In this document: positions 1 to 7,331 of the stretch, one piece after another | Position numbering within the stretch: position 1 is the first letter of the stretch | Layout: the number at the start of each line of letters is the position of its first letter | Virus record (IMG/VR): IMGVR_UViG_3300037470_000073 | Location: 1-30,137 of that record | DNA length: 30,137 bases | Strand: one strand, 5' to 3' | DNA from: a virus | Taxonomy: Duplodnaviria > Caudoviricetes | Program-made: the position numbers and the translations under genes | Notes under the pieces: generated by a model | What the model was told of the DNA's origin: nothing | Database searches by the model: none | The model's input: only the letters and a program-made list of their open reading frames with translations

Positions 1-41
1 TGTTGCATTGATTGTGCCCGGTATCGAGTCATACGATCCCT

Positions 42-196
42 ACGAGCTCGATTTGGAGCCCGATAAAAAAGTCAATGATTTCAATACGAGCCCGACGAGC
101 CCGATTTGGAGCCCGATGATGGACTTCCTTTGAGCCCACGATCCCACCCCTATACCCCCCTCTTAAGGGGGGATAGGGTGATCGGGCTCGAAGTTA
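42..196. repeat. Direct repeats (CGAGCYCGATTTGGAGCCCGAT x2, extra GAGCCC units) followed by a long imperfect inverted repeat centred near CTTAAG; possible origin or terminus element
   Basis: Repeats at ~43-64 and ~96-117 flank an AT-rich spacer. The arms GAGCCC..CGATC..CACCC..TAT..CCCCCC and GGGGGGATAGGGTGATCGGGCTC span ~132-189. Function is inferred. Confidence 0.6.
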
Positions 197-276
197 CGCA
201 AGTGGTTGTTTTGGGTTAATCGATTGTCCCAGGTTAGCGGTTAGGACATCACGTGATGACCAGACACATGGCCTGT

Positions 277-438
277 TCAATCGTGGGATAGAGGAGGTTT
301 GCGACGAGTGACCCGGCGAGGCGGGTCGAGGTTAGGCGATTGCTCCTCTAGGAAAGCACGGTACTCTTGCTCCCATCGATCCGGCTCATCCTCGCGGAGA
401 ACAAGATCGACGGGAGCACGTTGGGACTTGGCAGGCAT
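277..438 (-). CDS. Hypothetical protein (53 aa, MPAKSQRAP...)
   Basis: ATG lies 5 nt after the stop of the 444..1007 gene. The longer 552 start overlaps that gene and is unlikely. Confidence 0.5.
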   Translation of the reverse strand: MPAKSQRAPVDLVLREDEPDRWEQEYRAFLEEQSPNLDPPRRVTRRKPPLSHD

Positions 439-443
439 GATGA

Positions 444-1007
444 TTACTCGGCGGCCTGCCGGTGCGGCTGCGCTGCGATCACATCGTACGCAATCGGGTC
501 GATATCGATTGCGGGCAATGCCACCTTCGGCTTGACCACGACGCCGAACCACTGGCCGGTGCTGGGGTCGAAGGTCCAGCCGCCGAGGTTCTTCGCTTCT
601 TCCGAAGTGATTTGCTGCCAGACGCCTTCCAAATCCTCGACGCCACGCTTGGCGCGGCCGAGGTCAGGGTCTCGATAGTGGACCAGCGCGGCCTTGCGCT
701 CGCCGCGTTCATTCGCCGGGCTGAGGCGCAGAACGCTCTCCTGGTCGGAAAGCAGCGGGCATTCTTCCAGGTGGGCGTGGAAGTCGCACGTGCTGACGAC
801 GTAGGACTGTTCGGCGCGGCCTTCATAGAAGCCGGTCACGACCTTGTGCGGAACCCGCCGCTCGCGGAGGATTTCAGCCATCGCCTGATGGCGCGTCAGG
901 ATTTCGACGGCCGAGAATTCGGGCTGTTCGACGGAGAAGATGGTGAACGAGGTTGCGGCCGTATCCTTGGCCGACCCGCAATAGCTTTCGCTGGGATCAA
1001 TACGCAT
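444..1007 (-). CDS. S-adenosylmethionine lyase (T3 gp0.3/SAMase-like), putative anti-restriction protein
   Basis: Motif order matches T3 SAMase as recalled: FTIFS..RHQAM..LR, TGFYEG..EQS, DQESVL, AALVHY, LEGVWQQI, GGWTFD..GQW. RBS GGGAAGGA. Confidence 0.75.
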   Translation of the reverse strand: MRIDPSESYCGSAKDTAATSFTIFSVEQPEFSAVEILTRHQAMAEILRERRVPHKVVTGFYEGRAEQSYVVSTCDFHAHLEECPLLSDQESVLRLSPANERGERKAALVHYRDPDLGRAKRGVEDLEGVWQQITSEEAKNLGGWTFDPSTGQWFGVVVKPKVALPAIDIDPIAYDVIAAQPHRQAAE

Positions 1008-1096
1008 GGGGATGGTTCCTTCCCTTGGGGTTGCGACTACGGGCCAATAGTAACCCGTAAAGGATGGCGAGGCAAGCCCCGCCGACGATGAGGAGA

Positions 1097-1486
1097 TCAG
1101 CCAGCGCCAATGCCATCACGTGATGGCATCTTGTCGCGATTGTTGTAGAGTGACGAAAGCAGCGCATCGCGGGTCTCGACGGGCTCGCAAGCGAGCTTGG
1201 TCAGGACGGACTTGTACTCGTCCTCGCCCCAAATCCGTTTGGCGATGTCGTGGTTGAATATGAGGCTATCGGCCGACGCGATTTCCTGCGTCAGCGTGTA
1301 GTCGAAGCCATCGTCGCGGCGCTCAGTCAGCACGTAAACGATATGATGCGCGCAGATGGCTTTCTGCACCCCGTAGGCTTCCTTGAGGATAGCCTCGAAG
1401 CAATCGGACGCGCTGTCGTTGCGTGCGTTCTCGTAAGCGGCCTCAAGCCGCAACCCTTTCGGGGTGTAAAATTGATCATTGGGCAT
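1097..1486 (-). CDS. Hypothetical phage protein (129 aa, LIFNHDIAKRIWGE motif)
   Basis: ATG at 1486 is preceded by purine-rich GGAAGAAAGGGA. A palindrome copy lies in the last codons (PSRDG). Confidence 0.75.
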   Translation of the reverse strand: MPNDQFYTPKGLRLEAAYENARNDSASDCFEAILKEAYGVQKAICAHHIVYVLTERRDDGFDYTLTQEIASADSLIFNHDIAKRIWGEDEYKSVLTKLACEPVETRDALLSSLYNNRDKMPSRDGIGAG

Positions 1487-1576
1487 TGTGCGGTTCCCTT
1501 TCTTCCAAATGGTGCTGGATGCAGCGATGGGCTGAAGCCCCATCGGGCTGCTAAATTCCTGCGGAATTGAGCACAC

Positions 1577-1621
1577 CCCTAAACCATCACGCAACTAATG
1601 ATGTCACGTGATGGCAAAGGG
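1577..1621 (-). promoter_or_regulatory. Conserved intergenic stem-loop A of the early operon
   Basis: Minus strand CCCTTTGCCATCACGTGAC-loop-GTTGCGTGATGGTTTAGGG; the stem closes with G:U pairs on the coding strand. Confidence 0.6.
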
Positions 1622-1627
1622 CTGAAT

Positions 1628-2257
1628 TCAGTGCCGCGCGGCCGATGGCGGTTCGGCGTTGAGTGCCCGCTGACGAGCGACGGCTCGGGCCATCAAGGCT
1701 TCGGTGTCGATCCGCTCATACCCGCTGATAGCGTTTGCCGCGTTGATTTCTTGCAGTTGGGTTTCGGCCAGTTCCATCGCCGCGAAGTTGTCGCTCTGGA
1801 CCTTCCCGATCTCGGCCGCCAGTTCTTCGGCATGCGCGCGGGCGATGTCGGAATAGGGATGCCCCGGCTTGGCGTCGTCCTGGTAGACCTTCAGGACTTC
1901 CCCGAGAACCCATCGCGCGATCTGGCCGCCGATGACGACGTACGTGCTGTTGGCCAGCGCCTTGCGTGCGACGGCTTCCAGGTCGAACAGTTGGTCGAGC
2001 CCCGACACCTGCATCAGTTGCAGGACTGCGACGGCGGTTTCGCGCCACGCGTCGGCCGTGTCGACCAATGCGGCGATTTCGATCAACCGATCGAGCGATG
2101 CGGCGATTTCGATCAACTGATCGAGCGATGCGGCGGCCGGCCCCGCCTTGGCTAAAACCTGGGGATCGGAGTTATCAAGCCCGAAGCTGACCAGCGCATT
2201 GCTGATACCTTCGAGCAATGAACGTGCCTCGGAATTCGATTGCACTACGTAACGCAT
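1628..2257 (-). CDS. Hypothetical alpha-helical protein (209 aa) with an internal 10-aa tandem duplication
   Basis: RBS AGGAGG before ATG 2257; AASLDQLIEI/AASLDRLIEI repeat. Confidence 0.8.
   Translation of the reverse strand: MRYVVQSNSEARSLLEGISNALVSFGLDNSDPQVLAKAGPAAASLDQLIEIAASLDRLIEIAALVDTADAWRETAVAVLQLMQVSGLDQLFDLEAVARKALANSTYVVIGGQIARWVLGEVLKVYQDDAKPGHPYSDIARAHAEELAAEIGKVQSDNFAAMELAETQLQEINAANAISGYERIDTEALMARAVARQRALNAEPPSAARH
2068..2135. repeat. 30-bp tandem repeat (~2.3 copies, 1 mismatch)
   Basis: ATGCGGCGATTTCGATCAACYGATCGAGCG x2 plus ATGCGGCG. Confidence 0.9.
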
Positions 2258-2292
2258 TTGATTGGTCCTCCTAGGAACGGTGCAAAAGCGCA

Positions 2293-2365
2293 CCCCTAGG
2301 CCATCACAATGACATCGTCATCGAAAAGCTACGCGTTTTCGATGACATCACGTGATGGCAAAGGG
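2293..2365 (-). promoter_or_regulatory. Conserved intergenic stem-loop B
   Basis: Outer arms CCCTTTGCCATCAC/GTGATGGCCTAGGGG; inner stem GTCATCGAAAA/TTTTCGATGAC. Confidence 0.6.
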
Positions 2366-2453
2366 CTAGGCTTTAACGCCGCGAGGACTAATCCTCGCGA
2401 CCGACATTCATGGCCGATTGGAACCTTGATAATGCCAGAGATAGGCTAGCATG

Positions 2454-2924
2454 TCAACGCCAGTGGTGGAGCGAGGAATAGCCCAGATAAGAGAAGCTTT
2501 CACCCGCTATCCATTGAGCTATTGGCTCCTCCAGATTGTTCAGCACGACAATCCCCGCGTGAGTGTAGACCAGCAAAACCGCGTGATATTCCCCGCGTTC
2601 TATCTTGCCGATGCCGATTTTCATCGCGGAACGCGGGACGCCCAGAGCGAGCAATCGGGCAAGCTTGGTTACCGCGTAATCTTCGCAGTCTCCGGCCTTG
2701 GGTTCCACAGTCCAGACATCTTGCGCGCCATCAGCGCGGTATTCAATGGCCGCATTTACATCCGCATTCACGCGGGCGATAGCGTCAGAGTAGGGAATGA
2801 CGCTAGGTCCGGCGATGCCACTGCATAGGGAAGCGTAGTCACGGCAGAAATGCGCATAACCCGGGGTTGGGATGCGCGGTCCCGCGTCGGTTGGCATGAA
2901 TGCCAATAGGAGAGCTTCAAACAT
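2454..2924 (-). CDS. Transglutaminase-like cysteine peptidase (BTLCP/Peptidase C93, LapG-like)
   Basis: GDCEDYAVTK, HAVLLV and VVLNN motifs; N-terminal PGY..FC....LC; RBS AAAGGAGG. Confidence 0.88.
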   Translation of the reverse strand: MFEALLLAFMPTDAGPRIPTPGYAHFCRDYASLCSGIAGPSVIPYSDAIARVNADVNAAIEYRADGAQDVWTVEPKAGDCEDYAVTKLARLLALGVPRSAMKIGIGKIERGEYHAVLLVYTHAGIVVLNNLEEPIAQWIAGESFSYLGYSSLHHWR

Positions 2925-2950
2925 GGGATTGCCTCCTTTCGGGGTTGCAC

Positions 2951-2993
2951 TCCTAAGCCATCACGCGAGTTGTCATCACGTGATGGCAAAGGG
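2951..2993 (-). promoter_or_regulatory. Conserved intergenic stem-loop C
   Basis: Minus strand CCCTTTGCCATCACGTGA-TGACAAC-TCGCGTGATGGCTTAGGA. Confidence 0.6.
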
Positions 2994-3001
2994 CTGGAAC
3001 C

Positions 3002-3760
3002 TCACTTGCGGGCGGACTTACCCGACTTCTTCGCTTTGCCAGCCGCTGCAATGGCCGCAGCGGTGGGAATGACCGGCGGAGTTTCGGCCGGAGCTTTGAA
3101 GGCCGTTCCGTTCCGAATGGATTGGAGAGCTTCCTTGACCCTCTCCGGTGAAGTGATACCGCCCATAACATGCGTCGGGCCAGCGTTCGGGGCTTCATTG
3201 CCGATATCGACGGCAACCATCTTGAAGCCCGCAAGGCCGCTGACCAAGCCCCGCACTGTGGTAATGCGGTGCTCTCTGGTCATCCGCTTGGTTGCCGCTT
3301 CGATGATTTGAAAAAGGTCATCGAGCTTAACCAGATTGACGGCCGCGAGTGCGACTTGCAGCGGAGACTTGGTTTCTATTGAAACCGTTCCCGCCTTGCC
3401 CTTGCTGCCGCCGGTCTTGACCTTGGCGCGGTGAATCTTGTTCCGGGCCGCGTTGGTTTCCCTGAGTTTGGTCAAGGCCGCTTCCGGCTTGGGGTCGAGG
3501 CCGATAGCTGCGAGTTCCCGGGCCGTATTGTAGGACATGACGCCTTTGAGTTCCACCTTCGCCCAGTCGGCAAAGGAGAGCTTGGCGGTATCCATGTCCT
3601 TTTTGACTTTCCCGAGCGCCATCGCAACGCGTAAGCGCGCATCACGGGCCGTCAGGTCAGCATTCTTCGCGAGTTCCCAGTCCTTGGTGATTGCCAGGGC
3701 TGCGGGCTTGAAGTCCGCGAGTTTGCGCACGTTCTTCGCGAGTTCATTGGGGTTCTTCAT
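3002..3760 (-). CDS. Basic putative DNA-binding protein, DUF3102-like N-terminal region (252 aa)
   Basis: RBS GAAAGGA before ATG 3760. The segment AL.KVK...SFADWAK.EL..MSYNTARELAAI resembles DUF3102; the tail is Lys/Ala-rich. The ORF is solid, the family call is tentative. Confidence 0.6.
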   Translation of the reverse strand: MKNPNELAKNVRKLADFKPAALAITKDWELAKNADLTARDARLRVAMALGKVKKDMDTAKLSFADWAKVELKGVMSYNTARELAAIGLDPKPEAALTKLRETNAARNKIHRAKVKTGGSKGKAGTVSIETKSPLQVALAAVNLVKLDDLFQIIEAATKRMTREHRITTVRGLVSGLAGFKMVAVDIGNEAPNAGPTHVMGGITSPERVKEALQSIRNGTAFKAPAETPPVIPTAAAIAAAGKAKKSGKSARK

Positions 3761-3820
3761 AGCTGTGGTCCTTTCGGGTTTAGGTGCAGGATTGCACCGC
3801 GAGGCATGCGCCAAGCGGGT

Positions 3821-4054
3821 TCAGGCTTTGATAGTGACTTGGAGAAACCGGAGCAAACCGGCGGTTAGATCGCGTTCCCCATCGGCGCAAGCGCCAATGA
3901 AGCCCTGTAGATAGTCATACGTTTCTTTGTCGCCCCGCTGCAAATCAGTGATTTCGCGGCGGATGCGCGCCAACTGCTGGCGCGCGTTCTCCAAGACATT
4001 GGAAGCCTCAGAGGTAGCGTTGAGCACTGCCAATTGCTGATTAGGCTTTACCAT
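3821..4054 (-). CDS. Hypothetical protein (77 aa, coiled coil), first gene of the leftward operon
   Basis: RBS TAGGAG before ATG 4054. Confidence 0.75.
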   Translation of the reverse strand: MVKPNQQLAVLNATSEASNVLENARQQLARIRREITDLQRGDKETYDYLQGFIGACADGERDLTAGLLRFLQVTIKA

Positions 4055-4102
4055 GGTTTCGCACTCCTAGGTTGCGCAATGCGCGCATGCCTAGCACGAT
4101 TA

Positions 4103-4118
4103 ACGATGTCAAACAGCG
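4103..4118 (-). promoter_or_regulatory. boxA-like antitermination element (CGCTGTTTGACATCGT)
   Basis: 9/12 match to rrn boxA TGCTCTTTAACA, ~50 nt upstream of the first leftward gene. It could instead be a -35 TTGACA, but there is no good -10 at 17 bp. Confidence 0.45.
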
Positions 4119-4506
4119 GCGGAGTGCCAGGAGGCGCGCTATCTAGCGGGCTTCTGTACTCCAAGCGTATCCTTTCATGGATCAACCCAGGATGCAATAG
4201 CCTAGTTTCGCTTGTCGGGTTGATTTTTCGGCTTTGCCATCACGTGATGACAGTCCGCGCCGATCCCTCTTATTCTGTACCCAGAAGATTGTTCCCGAGC
4301 CGAGCAACCGCGTTTCCCCTGAAACCTGGGAGGACATGCCCGACAATCCGTCTAGGTTCGCGCTAGGCGAGTGCTGCGCTAGCCCGCATCCTAGTATCCA
4401 AAAGCACCGCAGTTCAGGTTCAACCCTAGCGCATAGCCGCTTGGCATAGCCATTGCATAGCGTAGCGCATTATCGACTATCGATAGGTCATCACGTGATG
4501 CCCGAG

Positions 4507-4574
4507 GCTGGCACGCGCCTTGCATACGCACGCCCCATGCCGTCGATACGCTGGCACGCGCCTTGCATACGCAC
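4507..4574. repeat. 25-bp perfect direct repeat x2 (GCTGGCACGCGCCTTGCATACGCAC)
   Basis: Copies at 4507-4531 and 4550-4574. Confidence 0.95.
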
Positions 4575-4671
4575 AATTCATGCCACCCCACCCCCACTTC
4601 GGGGCTACCCCCGGCCGTCGCTGGCGTACCCACTACTGTATCGAAAAATTAAAAATGGAGCCCAAAGCTGG

Positions 4672-4741
4672 TGCATACCCGGGTATGCAGTGGACATCAC
4701 GTGATGACCGTAGATTATACCTCTCTAAGAGAGGTTAATCT
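4672..4741. repeat. Three stacked palindromes: TGCATACCCGGGTATGCA, a GNCATCACGTGATGNC copy, and AGATTA(T)ACCTCTC-TAA-GAGAGGTTAATCT
   Basis: Located at 4672-4689, 4693-4708 and 4712-4741, directly upstream of the late promoter. Confidence 0.85.
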
Positions 4742-4747
4742 TTATTT

Positions 4748-4777
4748 TTGACTCGGCAACCCCGCCAGCGGTATAAT
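4748..4777 (+). promoter_or_regulatory. Sigma70-type promoter of the packaging/structural operon
   Basis: TTGACT-18 bp-TATAAT with an AT-rich tract upstream. Confidence 0.8.
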
Positions 4778-4888
4778 TGCAACCGCAGCCCATGGTTCCT
4801 TCCCCGGCCAACGGGCACTGCGCCGGAAGAAAGTGCGGGGCACCGGCTGAACAAACGCCCCGCCATTGAATTTTCGAAGGACACCGCA

Positions 4889-5443
4889 ATGCCGTCTGGT
4901 AAAAGAATGACAGTGCTGACCGACAAGTACCGGGCGCTGCTCTATTACTACTTCGGAGAAGCGAAGTTCAACAAGGCGAAAGCGGCCGAACTGGCCGGTT
5001 TCAAGAGCGCCAACAAGTACGCTGAGCGTTTGTTCCGCCATCCCGCTGTAGCTGCCGAGCTTGCGAAGCACCGCGCGCAGATCGAGGACCAGATCGACAT
5101 CTCGAAGGAAAAGATCGCGCAAGAACTGGCTGCGGTCGGGTTCGCAAATGTTGGCGATCTTGTTGAGCCGGATGAGAACGGCGATTTCGTTGTGGATTAC
5201 CGCAAGCTGAACATGAAGCAGCGCAAGGCCATGAACGAGGTTTCCACCGAGATTTACATGGAAGGGCGGGGGCCGGGGGCGAAAAAGGTCAAGAAGGCTA
5301 AGGCTAAGTTCGCGCCGAAGACCCAGGCCCTTGTGGAGCTTGCGAAGCTCATGGGCTACACCAACGACACCAAGAACATGGTTACCGATGAAGCGCTGGT
5401 CGCGATGCTTAACGCGGGCCGCAATCGCGTCAAGGACGAGTAG
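4889..5443 (+). CDS. terS: Terminase small subunit
   Basis: N-terminal FNKAKAAELAGF..A.RL..HPAV motif and ELAAVGFAN segment; directly upstream of TerL; RBS GAAGGA. The 4748 TTG start of the ORF track is the -35 box. Confidence 0.88.
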   Translation: MPSGKRMTVLTDKYRALLYYYFGEAKFNKAKAAELAGFKSANKYAERLFRHPAVAAELAKHRAQIEDQIDISKEKIAQELAAVGFANVGDLVEPDENGDFVVDYRKLNMKQRKAMNEVSTEIYMEGRGPGAKKVKKAKAKFAPKTQALVELAKLMGYTNDTKNMVTDEALVAMLNAGRNRVKDE

Positions 5444-5451
5444 GACATCCC

Positions 5452-7086
5452 GTGATACCCGACAAGCGCGGTCCTGGAAATCCAAACGGCAGCTTGAACG
5501 GCCCCTTGGGTCCTGACGCGCTATTAGCTAAGCAGATAGCTAAGTTCCACGACGACCCTCTTGGGTACGTTATGTTCAACTGGCCTTGGGGGATGCCGGG
5601 CGTCCTCGATACGGTGCCGCTTCCCGAGGAGTATCGCTCGCGCTTCAACAGCGAATACGGCCCGGATCGTTGGGCCTGCAAGTTTCTCGATGACTGGGGT
5701 AAAGACCTCCGGGCGAACCCGTTCGATGGCAAGCGCGCCGTGAAGGCCCTGCGCTACGCCATCAAGTCGGGACACGGTATCGGCAAGTCGGTGATGGTGG
5801 CATGGATAATCAAATTCATCTTAGATACTCGGCCTATGTCGCACGGTACTGTGACCGCGACAACCGCCGACCAGCTAAAAGCAAGAACGTGGGCCGAGCT
5901 AGGAAAGTGGCACCGTCTGTCGCAAACCGCCGGGTGGTTCAACTACCAGGACACGCGCGGAAACATGGTGCTAAAGCATCGTAAGTTCGGCATGGAATGG
6001 TTCTGCCAGGGCGTCACCTGTAAGGCCGAGAATGCTACTGCGTTCCAGGGCCAGCACGCGGCCAACTCCACTTCCTTCTACGTTTTTGACGAGGCATCCG
6101 GTGTCCCCGACCCGATCTTCGAGGCCCGCGAGGGCGGTCTCTCGGATGGCCAGCCAATGGTCTTCGACTTCGGCAACCCCAACTTCAACACGGGCTACTT
6201 CTACGAAAACTGTCGGGGCAAATACAGGTTCGATGAGCATGGTAATAAGCGCATCGACGTACGCTCAGTGGATAGCCGGGAAGTTTACATCACCCAGAAA
6301 GACAAGCTAAATGAAGACATTGGTATTTACGGGATCGACAGCGACTTCATCAAAGTCCGTATTCTGGGCGAATTCCCCTCGGCGGGCGATCTCCAGTTCA
6401 TCCCTTCCGCTGATGTCCTACTCGCCCAGACGAGGCCCCTCTCAGAAAACCGGCTCTTTCCACGCACAATTGGTGTTGACTGCGGGGGAACCGGCTCGAA
6501 CCCCGATGAAACTGTCATATACAGCGTAAAGGGCATGGACGCCCGGTCTTTCCCGCCCGTGCGGATGAAAGGCTGGGACCAGACGCAGATTGCTAACGCT
6601 GTCATCCAGGAGTTCCTGAAGTTCGCGGCGCTAGGCGATCCGGTGACTATGATCTTCGTGGACAGCACCGGCGGTTACGGCGGCGGTGTGGTGTCGCAGC
6701 TTCGCGCGTTGGGCTATCCGGTCATCGAGGTAGGTTTCGGCCTCCGGGCGACCGATAACCGCCATTACAAATACACCGTGGACGAGTTGTGGGGAAAGGG
6801 CAAGCAGGCGATCAAGGACGGGCTGTGCTTGCCGGGCAGCGATACTCAGGACGGCGATGATATCTTCGCTCAGCTTACGCAGCGGCAGTTCGGGTACACG
6901 CTTAGCGACCAAATCCGCTTGGAGACTAAGGATGACATGAAGGCGCGCGGCATCTCGTCTCCGGATATAGCCGACGCGTTGTTCTTGAACTTCTACATGC
7001 CGGTTGCCCTGCGCAACGGCTTACCACAAAACGCTGGAATGCAGATCACAGAGTACGATCCATACGCAAACGTGAGGGCAGATTAA
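5452..7086 (+). CDS. terL: Terminase large subunit
   Basis: Walker A SGHGIGKS, Walker B VFDEA, GNP motif, nuclease GVD and SPDIADAL. Confidence 0.96.
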   Translation: MIPDKRGPGNPNGSLNGPLGPDALLAKQIAKFHDDPLGYVMFNWPWGMPGVLDTVPLPEEYRSRFNSEYGPDRWACKFLDDWGKDLRANPFDGKRAVKALRYAIKSGHGIGKSVMVAWIIKFILDTRPMSHGTVTATTADQLKARTWAELGKWHRLSQTAGWFNYQDTRGNMVLKHRKFGMEWFCQGVTCKAENATAFQGQHAANSTSFYVFDEASGVPDPIFEAREGGLSDGQPMVFDFGNPNFNTGYFYENCRGKYRFDEHGNKRIDVRSVDSREVYITQKDKLNEDIGIYGIDSDFIKVRILGEFPSAGDLQFIPSADVLLAQTRPLSENRLFPRTIGVDCGGTGSNPDETVIYSVKGMDARSFPPVRMKGWDQTQIANAVIQEFLKFAALGDPVTMIFVDSTGGYGGGVVSQLRALGYPVIEVGFGLRATDNRHYKYTVDELWGKGKQAIKDGLCLPGSDTQDGDDIFAQLTQRQFGYTLSDQIRLETKDDMKARGISSPDIADALFLNFYMPVALRNGLPQNAGMQITEYDPYANVRAD

Positions 7087-7316
7087 TGGGAAGTATTTTC
7101 AAAGGACCGCCTAAAGCTCCTAAACCCCCGGAGCTTCCGCCGCCTCCGCCGCCGCCTCCTACGCCGCAAGACCCTAGGGTAAAGGAGGCGCGCGCAGATC
7201 AGCGCCGAGTTGCGGCGGCTAGCGCGGCCGGTGCGTCAGGCATCAATACCTCGGCCCAGGGCTTAGAGTTCACCCCGGCTAACTTGATCCGTAAAAAGAT
7301 CATGTTGGGCTCTTAA
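7086..7316 (+). CDS. Small Pro-rich virion-associated protein
   Basis: MGSIF..PK.P pattern between TerL and portal; TAATG coupling. Confidence 0.75.
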   Translation: MGSIFKGPPKAPKPPELPPPPPPPPTPQDPRVKEARADQRRVAAASAAGASGINTSAQGLEFTPANLIRKKIMLGS

Positions 7317-7331
7317 AGAGGGCATCACGTG

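Noticed and set aside
4234-4738. Several short overlapping ORFs in the control region
   Set aside because: No RBS, they overlap on both strands, and they translate repeat sequence.
4748-4888. 47-aa N-terminal extension of TerS from a TTG start
   Set aside because: That TTG is the -35 box of the promoter; ATG 4889 has a proper RBS.
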